The position numbers and the translations under genes are program-made. From an uncultured Desulfospira sp. (GTDB lineage: Bacteria > Desulfobacterota > Desulfobacteria > Desulfobacterales > Desulfobacteraceae), in the NCBI GenBank assembly GCA_963663165.1, contig OY760175.1, forward strand, positions 4,672,001 through 4,736,000: DNA of 64,000 bases, given 5' to 3'. Numbering within the stretch: the first letter of the stretch is position 1; every line of letters starts with the position of its first letter. Below the pieces are notes generated by a model. The model saw only the letters and a program-made list of their open reading frames with translations. It had not been told where the DNA came from and searched no databases. This document shows, piece after piece, positions 51,914 to 60,873 of this stretch.

Positions 51914-52078
51914 AATACTTCTCTTTTGCCATTGGAATCCAAGCTTTTGGTATTGTGATGGCTTCAAGCCCCTCCCTTGGAGTTGGGGCGATAACCAGCC
52001 GCAGTTTTCATCACTGGCCTGCAATGGATCCCGCCCTTTGATCTGCCGGACTGGCGGGTCCGGCAAAGATGCCGGCCG

Positions 52079-54178
52079 TTAAAACCGGAAAACGATATTG
52101 GCGCCGATGGTCCTGGGGCTGCCCACCATATATGAATTTCTGATGGTGCTGGTAAAGATACTGGAGAAATATTCCTCGTCAAATAAATTTTTAGCGTAAA
52201 CATAAAAATCCCAGTGGGAAAGCTCCATGCCCAGTTTCAAATTAACAACCGCATAAGGGTCACGCAATGAAGTGTCCCCGTTGGATTCGTTAAAATAGGT
52301 TTTCCCGTATCCCTGAACGTCTATGCCGGTGTAGACGCCGGACGAATGGCGGTATTGAACGCCGGCATTGATGGAGTATTCCGGGGTGTTTTTCAGTTTG
52401 TTTCCGGCATAGTCCTCCCCGCCATATCCCATATATTCATCATATTCGCCCTGGATCAACCCCAGGCCCGTATACAGAACAAGCCCCGGAAGCGGCCTGA
52501 ATTTAACCTCCAGTTCCCCTCCGTAGCTGTGTGCCTTGCCGGCATTGGAGGCCACCATGACATACGCTGAAGGATATTCGGTTACCTGCATATCCTTTAT
52601 GTCCATATAAAACAGGGAAAGGTTGCAGGCCAGGCGGTTGTTGAGCCAGGTGGTTTTGGCCCCCCATTCATAACTGGTTGAGGTCTGGGGATCATAGGCA
52701 GTGGCATCAGGGTCATCAATGGTGTTGTTGAATCCCCCGGAAAGATATCCCCGGGACACGCTCACATAGGTCATGATGTTATCTGAGATCCGGTAATCCA
52801 GAGCGGCTTTTGGCGTGAAACTGTCCCAGTCGTCCTCAATGGTATAGTCTGCTGTGCTGATAACGGTGCCGGTGTCCAGATTGGTGGTGGTTCGGTAATA
52901 ATCCATTTCCTTATTGACGGTTTCATACCGGGCGCCGATAGTGAATTTAAAGGCGTTAAAAAACGGGACGGACGCCTGTGCAAATACGGCTGTGGTTTTA
53001 CCGGTTGTGGTGCAGGGCCAGTCGGTTTTTCGGTTAAAGTTCATCATGACCGAAGGAAGGTACTGCATGGACATCTCATTGTCCTTGTCCTGGTCGTATT
53101 CAAAGTAACCACCGGCAATCCAGGCAATGCCTCCCTGTTCGTCAGGGGACTGAAGACGAAGTTCCTGGGAAAAGGTGGTGTTTTCGTAATCCAGAATACC
53201 GTGGGTAACCGAACGGCTGCCGTATGAATAATCCACATCATAGTCTTCGGTCGCTTTCTTATACGTGGTGGTTGATACAATATCGAATTTTTTGGTGTGG
53301 AAACGGGCATGAAGGGCATTGTTAAAATTGTCTGCATCTACATTATCATCCGGGTTTTTATATTCATGAAATCGGATTTGCGAGTCCCCGATCATGGGAC
53401 CGTCCCCTCCCTGCCGGACCTCTTTGCCTGAAAATAAATTGATCTCCAATTGTTCGGAAGGCACCCAGCGCAGCCGTCCCCTGATATTGAGAATATCCCT
53501 GTCATCGTAGTAGTCCTGGTCCGGATGGTCATTTTCCATATAGCCCCGGGTCTGATATTCAGAGGCCCAAAGACCGAAAAACAGGGTGTCTTTTTTAATT
53601 GGACCGCTGACGGCGGCCTTTAAAAAATAGGTTTCGTATTCTGAAATATCCAGGGACACCCGGCCGTCCAAATCATTGGATGGTGCTTTGGTGGTTATGT
53701 TCATGACACCGCCCATGGCATTTTTGCCGTAAAGGGTTCCCTGGGGACCTCTGAGAACTTCAATGGATTCTACATTGGTGAAGTCGGCCGTGTATCCGGC
53801 GATGTTATTAAAAGGGACCCCGTCCACATACATGACAAAGGGATTTCGACGATTCAACATATTGGGGCTGACACCCCGGCATCCCACATAAGTTACATTC
53901 TGGTTCTGGGAGCTTACAGACAGGTTGGGTATAAGATTGAACAAGTCTCTGACATCCCTGACATCCCGGTCCTGAATCTCAAGGTCGTTGATGACGGTGA
54001 CGGAAACCGGAACTTCTTTTAAGGCTTGTTTGCGCTTTTCCGCTGTGACCAATACCTCGTCTATAATTTCAGCATGTTCGGTTAGGGATTGGGCAAGTCC
54101 GGACCGGGCCATTGACAGTACGAGCAGTAACATTGCGGTGATCACAAGGTGAAAATCCGGGCGGTTCAATGTTTTCAT
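52079..54178 (-). CDS. TonB-dependent outer-membrane receptor (siderophore/metallophore type)
   Basis: Signal peptide, EVLVTAEKR, IEVLRGPQGTLYG, KNLFDEEY, C-terminal F. Confidence 0.95.
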   Translation of the reverse strand: MKTLNRPDFHLVITAMLLLVLSMARSGLAQSLTEHAEIIDEVLVTAEKRKQALKEVPVSVTVINDLEIQDRDVRDVRDLFNLIPNLSVSSQNQNVTYVGCRGVSPNMLNRRNPFVMYVDGVPFNNIAGYTADFTNVESIEVLRGPQGTLYGKNAMGGVMNITTKAPSNDLDGRVSLDISEYETYFLKAAVSGPIKKDTLFFGLWASEYQTRGYMENDHPDQDYYDDRDILNIRGRLRWVPSEQLEINLFSGKEVRQGGDGPMIGDSQIRFHEYKNPDDNVDADNFNNALHARFHTKKFDIVSTTTYKKATEDYDVDYSYGSRSVTHGILDYENTTFSQELRLQSPDEQGGIAWIAGGYFEYDQDKDNEMSMQYLPSVMMNFNRKTDWPCTTTGKTTAVFAQASVPFFNAFKFTIGARYETVNKEMDYYRTTTNLDTGTVISTADYTIEDDWDSFTPKAALDYRISDNIMTYVSVSRGYLSGGFNNTIDDPDATAYDPQTSTSYEWGAKTTWLNNRLACNLSLFYMDIKDMQVTEYPSAYVMVASNAGKAHSYGGELEVKFRPLPGLVLYTGLGLIQGEYDEYMGYGGEDYAGNKLKNTPEYSINAGVQYRHSSGVYTGIDVQGYGKTYFNESNGDTSLRDPYAVVNLKLGMELSHWDFYVYAKNLFDEEYFSSIFTSTIRNSYMVGSPRTIGANIVFRF

Positions 54179-54184
54179 GTTGTT

Positions 54185-54229
54185 TTAAATCTCCTTTATT
54201 TTTTGGGCTGACACCAGGGTGTTGTTTAA
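54185..54229 (-). pseudogene. Detached native 3' end of the methyltransferase gene
   Basis: Removing the IS and one TTAA restores the frame ...GTHLNNTLVSAQKIKEI*, which overlaps the AAGGAG RBS of the receptor gene. Confidence 0.85.
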
Positions 54230-55768
54230 CCCTACAACGTGACTTATATTTAATATTATTGTTTTAGGTAACATAATCTGCTACACTCCGCAATATAACT
54301 TTTATATAGGAGGTAGAGTATGTTGCCTGAAATCCGAAAAGATGAGTACCTTTATCCTATCCCCAAATTTGATATCTGTGAAGGGGATGTAAAAAATTTT
54401 TTCAATGAACTTAAAGGGTTTCATGAAATTTTCCACGACTGTTTTCATCGTTCTGAGTCAAGGGAACATTTTTTCAGGTATATGGCTGGGCAATTTAGTG
54501 ACCTGGAAAGAAAATCAATTGAACCCATTGCTCTGGCCGTTGAAGATGGCAATGTTAGGGCAATGCAGCGTTTTATTAGCGATGCTGAATGGAATGACGC
54601 CAATATTATGGCCAAGTATCGTAATCTCATAAATGAAGATATGGGGACACCTGATGGCGTTCTTATTTTTGATGAAAGCGGTTTTGTTAAAAAAGGCAAT
54701 GAATCCATCGGTGTTGCCAGACAATATTGCGGGAATGTCGGCAAGGTTGAAAACAGCCAAGTGGGTGTTTTTGCAGCCTATGCTTCCCCAAAGGGCTACG
54801 GATTGATTGATAAACGACTGTTTATACCTGAACTATGGTTTAAAGACGATCACAAACAGGGAAGAAAAAAGTGCAAACTGCCTGAGTCTGTTTCGTTTAA
54901 GACAAAACCGCAATTGGCTTCCGAAATGTTGAACGAACTCGCAGAAGAAGCCATCGTGCCGTTTAAGTATGTTACCGCGGATTCATTGTATGGCAACAGT
55001 GATGATTTTATTGAAGCTGTTGAGCAACATCCGGATTTGACCTATTTTGTAGAAGTTCCTTGTAATACTCAATGCTGGTTTAACAGACCTATTACCGTTG
55101 AAAAAACTTACAAATACAAAGGAGAGCAGCGTACAAAAATAGTTGTTGAAAAATCCTCCAAAAAGCCGGTCGATGTCAAAACTATCGCAAAAAATATAAA
55201 TGATTTTTTCTGGTACCGCCGGAAAGTATCTGAAGGTACCAAAGGACCTATTGAATATGAATTTACCAAAAGACGAGTGGTACTTTCCAAAGGAAACACG
55301 CCTACAAAATCGGTGTGGCTGATCATGAGGCGAACCCTTGGGAAATCCCCGGATTATAAATTTTTCCTTAGCAATGCCGGGGTTAGTGCCAGATTAAAGC
55401 TTTTTGTATGGCTTAGTGGTATTCGTTGGGCAATTGAACAGTGTTTTGAGGAAACCAAGACTGAACTTGGCATGGATCATTATGAGGTCCGTAAATACCC
55501 AGGCTGGAATCATCATATAATAACGTGCATGCTTGCACATTTTTTCTTGTGGCACCTGAAAATCAGGATGGGAAAAAAAAGCTCCATCTATTACAGTGTC
55601 GCAGCTTAGAATACTAATGGAGGTGGTTTTGCCATTGAGACCTTGTCATTTTCATACCGTTATACAATCGGTTTTGTATTACCAAAGGCGCAATCACGCT
55701 GCATATCTATCGCATCGAAAAAGGAGGCTTCTTGATAGAAAGAATACACCCTAAGTTACGTTGTAGGG
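54230..55768 (+). mobile_element. Complete IS701-family insertion sequence, 1539 bp
   Basis: Inverted ends CCCTACAACGTGACTTA / TAAGTTACGTTGTAGGG (16/17); TTAA duplicated at 54226-54229 and 55769-55772. Confidence 0.95.
54320..55609 (+). CDS. IS701-family DDE transposase (probably extended to 55754 by a frameshift)
   Basis: RKSIEPIA, FDESGFVKKG..SIGVARQYCG..GKVENSQVGV, ADSLYG, RWAIEQCFEETKTELGMDHYEVR. Confidence 0.95.
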   Translation: MLPEIRKDEYLYPIPKFDICEGDVKNFFNELKGFHEIFHDCFHRSESREHFFRYMAGQFSDLERKSIEPIALAVEDGNVRAMQRFISDAEWNDANIMAKYRNLINEDMGTPDGVLIFDESGFVKKGNESIGVARQYCGNVGKVENSQVGVFAAYASPKGYGLIDKRLFIPELWFKDDHKQGRKKCKLPESVSFKTKPQLASEMLNELAEEAIVPFKYVTADSLYGNSDDFIEAVEQHPDLTYFVEVPCNTQCWFNRPITVEKTYKYKGEQRTKIVVEKSSKKPVDVKTIAKNINDFFWYRRKVSEGTKGPIEYEFTKRRVVLSKGNTPTKSVWLIMRRTLGKSPDYKFFLSNAGVSARLKLFVWLSGIRWAIEQCFEETKTELGMDHYEVRKYPGWNHHIITCMLAHFFLWHLKIRMGKKSSIYYSVAA

Positions 55769-56753
55769 TTAAATGGGTTCCGTCTTTGGCCGGCCGGACC
55801 CTGAACTCTGAGAAACCGGCCAGAGAAAGCGCCTGTTTTAATGTTGATTCATCCAGTGTGAGGGTGGGATACCCCTGGGTTCTGGCTAAAAGCTCAATGA
55901 TTGACTGGGTAGTATGGTCCTGGCCTTTGGCGGCATTGCCCAGATGGTTGGATACAAAGACCCCCCCCGGGCGCATGGCCCGGTTTACCTTTTTAAAAAA
56001 CCGGGACAGATGGCCTGCCGCTGCCCAGTGGTACAGAAAATGGGAAACAAAAAACAGATCATACCCCTGACCGAGATCCGGACAGGTGTCCATGTCGACC
56101 CCAACGAACTCCATGCGGTCCCCGGTTTCCCTGTCACCTGCCGTCTGTTCGGCAAGGGCGGTTACCCCGGGCATGTCATATATCCTTGATCTAAGGTTTG
56201 GATTTTTATTCAGCAACTCCCGGGAGTAGTACCCGGAACTTCCGGCAAAATCGCACATGAGCTTAAAAGATGCGAACCGGGGGAAGGCACAGATAAAATC
56301 CACCACCTCCTGTATCTGTCCGCCCCGGGCCCTTTGTTCAAGATCCACAAGGGCCTCCTTGCTGGCAAAAATGGCAGGATCCAACTGAGGCGCACCGTTT
56401 TTTAACCGGCCGGGCAGGTCGTCAAAAGGCCCGGGTTTCATGCAGAACGCCTGAATTTCCCTGATTTGGGCGGCAGGTGCGGATGCAAGAAGAAAGTGCC
56501 GGGCAGACCGGCTTAAGTGATACCGGCAATCCCTGTCACAGGCCAGAATCCCTACAGAGGCAAGGACCTCCAGAACGGCTGGAAGAATGCCGGGGTCTGC
56601 ATCAAGCTTTTTGGCTAAGGTGCTGGCATGTGCGCTTTCTTTTTCCAGGGCTTCAAAAATGCCGGCCTGTTGCGCACCGTTGACAATGGCGGGCAGATAC
56701 CCCAGGGTCAATTGATTGTAAATGGGTTTGAATTTAGGGGGCAATGATCTCAA
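55769..56753 (-). pseudogene. SAM-dependent O-methyltransferase (dimerisation plus Methyltransf_2 type), C-terminus replaced by IS sequence
   Basis: N-terminal GIFEAL...LAKKL...LASVGIL, DFAGSSGYY, YDLFFVSHFLY, MRPGG; the ORF reads into the IS to 55707. Confidence 0.85.
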
Positions 56754-56754
56754 A

Positions 56755-58053
56755 TTATTTACCTTTCTTGTTGGCAGTGAAAAATTTGGGGGGGTGGAAA
56801 TCGGGCTTAAAAATAGTTCTTAATTCTTTTTTCCCTGAATCCGGTGGAGCGGCATATATGGAAACCGCCATGGCAAGCCCGGTAATGGTGCTGGCGGCAG
56901 ACATTACGGCAAGGTAACTTGTCCGTCCGGCCAAAGCGGTGCCGGACACGGCGGCCAGGAACATGACGAAGGCATATACACTGTATTGAAGGGTGAAATC
57001 AGTGGCGGGGCTTTTTAATGAGGCATGGTCCATCATCAGGGTATTCATCAGGGCAAACAGTGCCCCCCGGCTCAGAAAATAAAGACCTGCTGCGCCATAA
57101 ACCCGGAAGGGTGTGCAGGGGCCTGTTAACAGCCATGCCATAGCCGAAAGCCCCAGAATCTGGGCCGCAGCCGTGCCGGTTGTCACGGCAAACCGGGTAT
57201 GGTCCCGCAAGAACCGGCCGGTTAAAAGCGCGGCCAGTACGCTTAAGGTTGCCCCCAGCATATTGACCAGCATGCCGATACGCGCCATGGGCCAGCCGGC
57301 ATCCACCAGTATGGGGGTGATCAAGGCATATCCCAGGGTATTGCCCACCGGGAAGATCAGGATCACCATCAGCCATTGTTTGTGCCCGGGGATCCGCCAG
57401 AAACTGTGGAGACGGCTCAAGAACACCTTGTTATTCGAGGTGTCCACAGGATGAGACGGTTCCCTGAAGCAGGCCACTTGAATCAGGGAGACCAGCGTGC
57501 CGGCTGCCAGTATCCCCATGCAGCCGGCCCAGCCCAGATAGGGATAGGCCATGATTATGGCCCCGCCTCCCAGCATGTTGCCGGCCATGCCGGCGGCCGC
57601 CTGGATTCCGTTGCCCATGCCCCGTTCCTTTTTTGACAGCAGGCAGCAGGAAAGCCCGTCAACGGCAATATCCTGGGTGGAAGACAGAAAGGCCAAGCCC
57701 ACACATCCTGAAAAAATTGCCTGAAACTGGGTTGCAATGTCAAAGAAAGCAATAAGAACAAGACAGGCCACCATGCCGGTTTGGGTAAACAGCAGCCAGG
57801 TTCGGTAATGGCCAAGCCGTTTAATGCTGAAGCGGTCAACCAGAGGGGCCCATAAAAATTTAACCACCCAGAACAGTGTGAGAGAATAAATGATCCCCAG
57901 TTTTTCAAGTGCAAGGCCCTGCTGCCGCATAATGACCACAAGGGCGATCCAGAAAAATCCCAGGCCCAGATACTGGGTCATATAGAGGCTGCCCAGAAGC
58001 AGCCAGGTGCTTAACGGTTTGCGCATTTCCTGTACGGTTGTTTCCATCTTCAT
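56755..58053 (-). CDS. MFS transporter, AmpG/RhtX/FptX (siderophore permease) type
   Basis: LYMTQYLGLGF, KFLWAPLVDRF, SSTQDIAVDG, ATDFTLQ. Confidence 0.9.
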   Translation of the reverse strand: MKMETTVQEMRKPLSTWLLLGSLYMTQYLGLGFFWIALVVIMRQQGLALEKLGIIYSLTLFWVVKFLWAPLVDRFSIKRLGHYRTWLLFTQTGMVACLVLIAFFDIATQFQAIFSGCVGLAFLSSTQDIAVDGLSCCLLSKKERGMGNGIQAAAGMAGNMLGGGAIIMAYPYLGWAGCMGILAAGTLVSLIQVACFREPSHPVDTSNNKVFLSRLHSFWRIPGHKQWLMVILIFPVGNTLGYALITPILVDAGWPMARIGMLVNMLGATLSVLAALLTGRFLRDHTRFAVTTGTAAAQILGLSAMAWLLTGPCTPFRVYGAAGLYFLSRGALFALMNTLMMDHASLKSPATDFTLQYSVYAFVMFLAAVSGTALAGRTSYLAVMSAASTITGLAMAVSIYAAPPDSGKKELRTIFKPDFHPPKFFTANKKGK

Positions 58054-58188
58054 CCCAAGGTTTGGTAAATGCCTGTGAGCTATCCGGGACAGATGTATAA
58101 GATTCCGGGATTTATTTCTAACGAACCCATCCCTTTTTTGAATGATTCCGTAATGGAACGGGGAAAAACAGATTTTTGGGGAAAAAAC

Positions 58189-59184
58189 TCAGACGCTTTT
58201 ATTCAGCTGGTATTGCTTTGGTGAAATGCCGTACTTTTTCTTAAAGGCTTTGGCAAAGTGGCTTAAGGATGCATAGCCCACATCCATGGCTACCTGGGTT
58301 ACATTGCCGGTCTTTGATTTGAGAAGGGTCCGGGATTTTTCAAGCCTCAGATCCCTGAGAAGGGCAAAGGGGGTGGTGCCGTAAACAGTCTGGAAGCCAG
58401 TGGAAAGGCGGTTGTGGGGCATCCCCACCATCCCGGCAAGGGTCAAAAAGGTCGGAGGGGTATCAATATACCGGACAAGGATTTCCCTGGCTGCCCGGAT
58501 TTTGTCGCGTTCCTCGCCGGAAAGCTTAGCCGGCGGCGGGGATGGCATAAGGTTGTGGAGCTGACAGGCGGCAAGCTCCAATGCCTTGCCTTCCAGAAAA
58601 GCTTTTTTCAGGCTTCCATGAAAAGCGCAGTTAAAGATGTCCAAAGCGGCGGTCTCCATGGCGGGGGTATTGGGACAAATATGGTAAAACGCCTTGTTCA
58701 ACGCCGGAACGGGCAGTTTTGAAAGCAGCCCGAAAGGGATGTCTTGAAACAGGGAAAGGAAAAAGGATGGGGCCATGGTGATGATCACAACTTTAACCTT
58801 GTCCCTTGAAATGCATTGGCCGGACCCTCTGGAAACGGGGAAAAATGAAAACCGGTTAAGCCCTCCGGCCATGACCATTTCCTGGTTGACGGCACAGTTC
58901 TGATATTTCATTTTTCCTGAAATAAAGAATTTGAATCCGAACCCGGCATTCCGGATCGAAGCATTCATGGTGAATCCTGGCCCGGGATCCCAGTCCATGA
59001 TGTAAATGGCGAGCCCGGGCTTTAAGCGGATTTTTTTCAGGTAGCCGTCTGCCATGGGCCAGCAGGATTCAAAGGAGGTGTCCATTTCATGGGCGCAGGG
59101 GCTCTCCCGGACAATCTCACACCGGTTGCTTGAGTCCCATAATTCAATATGAATATTGTTTTTCATCACGATCACACACAACAA
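58189..59184 (-). CDS. AraC-family regulator (PchR/YbtA-like)
   Basis: FLEGKALEL, GFQTVYGTTP, VGYASLSHFAKAFKKKYGISP. Confidence 0.93.
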   Translation of the reverse strand: MLCVIVMKNNIHIELWDSSNRCEIVRESPCAHEMDTSFESCWPMADGYLKKIRLKPGLAIYIMDWDPGPGFTMNASIRNAGFGFKFFISGKMKYQNCAVNQEMVMAGGLNRFSFFPVSRGSGQCISRDKVKVVIITMAPSFFLSLFQDIPFGLLSKLPVPALNKAFYHICPNTPAMETAALDIFNCAFHGSLKKAFLEGKALELAACQLHNLMPSPPPAKLSGEERDKIRAAREILVRYIDTPPTFLTLAGMVGMPHNRLSTGFQTVYGTTPFALLRDLRLEKSRTLLKSKTGNVTQVAMDVGYASLSHFAKAFKKKYGISPKQYQLNKSV

Positions 59185-59417
59185 TAGAGGGTATGTCTCT
59201 TAAAATGAAAGCATACCCGATCATTGTTTTTGGATCAAGATTTTTTAAAATTGTATAAAAAATTATGTTTGACTTACCTGTTGAGGCTTGCAAATGGGGC
59301 CGGGTCTGTTTTCGGCCCGGCTTAAACTGTGGGAAGGGTGCCAGAAAAAGATATGGTCGGCTTTGGATAGGATTTCACCTGAAACAGAGGGGGAATACCG
59401 GGGCCTGGCCAGGCAGA

Positions 59418-59876
59418 TTACAGATAATCTCCCCGCTGAAATTTAAGATACTCCCCTTTGATGGTGGCCGCAGTCTGGGTGGCGATATCCTTGAGGCCTT
59501 CATCTTCCTGGGTCAGGGAGTGGGTTTCCGTTAACAGGGAAGAGGCATCGGTGTTCATCTGTTCAATGACTTCAGACAGGTTCTTTAATGACACCTCAGG
59601 GTCCTCAAGCTGGGCAATATAGGTCTCTAAAAGATCAAGCAGTTCACCGGTCTTTTCTGAAACCACCAGGGACGAGTCCTGGATCTGGACGTAGCTGGAC
59701 GCTATTTCTTCAAGAGCGTTGACCGCATCAGTTCCTTCAGCTGTCTCGCCGGACTGTCCAATGGCCCGGGAAAGGGCATTTTCAAAACCCCCGGCCTGGT
59801 CGTCAGACGTTGAAGCCTTTGAGGTTGCCGTCCCAAGGGACTGTATGGATTCATTAATTTGATTGATATTAACCAT
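59418..59876 (-). CDS. Hypothetical helical protein, flagellar-regulon associated
   Basis: 152-aa ORF with AAGGAG RBS and sigma-54 promoter, downstream of flgM; ends KFQRGDYL. Confidence 0.75.
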   Translation of the reverse strand: MVNINQINESIQSLGTATSKASTSDDQAGGFENALSRAIGQSGETAEGTDAVNALEEIASSYVQIQDSSLVVSEKTGELLDLLETYIAQLEDPEVSLKNLSEVIEQMNTDASSLLTETHSLTQEDEGLKDIATQTAATIKGEYLKFQRGDYL

Positions 59877-59908
59877 GTTGATCTCCTTTATATCTTAACA
59901 GAAGATAA

Positions 59909-59924
59909 AGCAAGAGATATGCCA
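59909..59924 (-). promoter_or_regulatory. sigma-54 (-24/-12) promoter
   Basis: Minus strand TGGCAT-ATCTC-TTGCT against consensus TGGCAC-N5-TTGCW. Confidence 0.85.
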
Positions 59925-59978
59925 GTGGGCTGCTGTTGTGAAGGGTATATGAAATGACTTTAAAAAACAAGTCGTTAT

Positions 59979-60016
59979 AAAAAAAAGGCAGGCAGCCTGA
60001 TTCAGGTCTGCCTGCC
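59979..60016 (-). terminator. Intrinsic terminator of flgM
   Basis: Stem GGCAGGCAG / CTGCCTGCC followed by T8 on the minus strand. Confidence 0.88.
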
Positions 60017-60037
60017 AAGTGGGAAAATATTGCTCCC

Positions 60038-60346
60038 TTATCCCAGTTCGTTCATGATAGAGCCGATCATTTTTTCCGCTATCTGCTCAGCATTGATGTT
60101 GTATTGTCCGGCCTGGATCTGGTCTTTGATTTCCTGGAGCCGTTCGGTTCTTTCTTCAGGGTCAGTTTCCATTGCCTGACTGATTTTCTGGAGATCCCGG
60201 GTGGTTTCAGATAAATTGATACTGTCCGTTTTGGTTTCAGCAGCATCAGATTCAACAGCCGGTTTCTCTACCTTGGTCTGGGCATTGGCCACCTGATTGG
60301 TATAGGTCTGATTGATATAATCAGGGGTTGAATTTGATATTTGCAT
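60038..60346 (-). CDS. flgM: Anti-sigma-28 factor FlgM
   Basis: DSINLS...RTERLQEIKDQIQAGQYNINAEQIAEKMI. Confidence 0.92.
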   Translation of the reverse strand: MQISNSTPDYINQTYTNQVANAQTKVEKPAVESDAAETKTDSINLSETTRDLQKISQAMETDPEERTERLQEIKDQIQAGQYNINAEQIAEKMIGSIMNELG

Positions 60347-60360
60347 GAGTTTGTCCTCCC

Positions 60361-60783
60361 TTAAGATTCCATATTGTTGTCGGCAACCTGCCGGGCCAGT
60401 TCCGTCATTCTCTTTAATACAAACTGGGAATCTTCAACGGAAAGGGTTTTGGTTACTTTGTTGTTGTCCTTATCAACGGAAGTGTAAGTGAACTGGTTTT
60501 TGTCCTTGGTAAAATTAATTTTTTTGCCAAGCTCCTTTTCAATTTGATCCGTTATCTGCTCTTCGTTTTCTTCTCTGGGACCTTCGGTAACAATCCGGTC
60601 AACAATATTTGAGGCAACCTTATCAATAATGGTCTGGCGCTTTCCCTCCGAGGAGATGGTGACACTGTCTGCAGACGTGCTTTGATCAGCGCTGAGTCTG
60701 TTCCGGCTGAGCATCTTGCCCTGGCTTAACTGCCTGGAATAGACTTTCATGACATTCTGTATTTGATAAGAGGGTATCTGCAT
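60361..60783 (-). CDS. FlgM-associated conserved protein (DVU0524-like)
   Basis: MQIPSYQIQNVMKVYSRQL, DSVTISSEGKRQ; directly upstream of flgM. Confidence 0.75.
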   Translation of the reverse strand: MQIPSYQIQNVMKVYSRQLSQGKMLSRNRLSADQSTSADSVTISSEGKRQTIIDKVASNIVDRIVTEGPREENEEQITDQIEKELGKKINFTKDKNQFTYTSVDKDNNKVTKTLSVEDSQFVLKRMTELARQVADNNMES

Positions 60784-60804
60784 TTAATTTTCTCCTTAAA
60801 CACT

Positions 60805-60832
60805 TTATCGGTAGGGGAAAATTAAAACTTTA
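60805..60832 (-). promoter_or_regulatory. sigma-28 (FliA) promoter of the flgM operon
   Basis: Minus strand TAAA-N16-ACCGATAA, with the extended TAAAGTTT. Confidence 0.8.
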
Positions 60833-60873
60833 GCGTTTTTTAATGTTTTTTTAGTGAATTTCTTTTTCATTCC

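Noticed and set aside
51914..52078. GC-rich hairpins between mazG and the TonB receptor as a tRNA or other ncRNA
   Set aside because: No T-loop, anticodon arm or CCA pattern; best explained as terminator-like hairpins between convergent genes.
59265..59417. Possible cobalamin riboswitch words (ACTGTGGGAAG, AGAGGGGGAA) near a TonB module
   Set aside because: Wrong strand for the downstream genes, motifs in the wrong order, and no complete B12-box structure.
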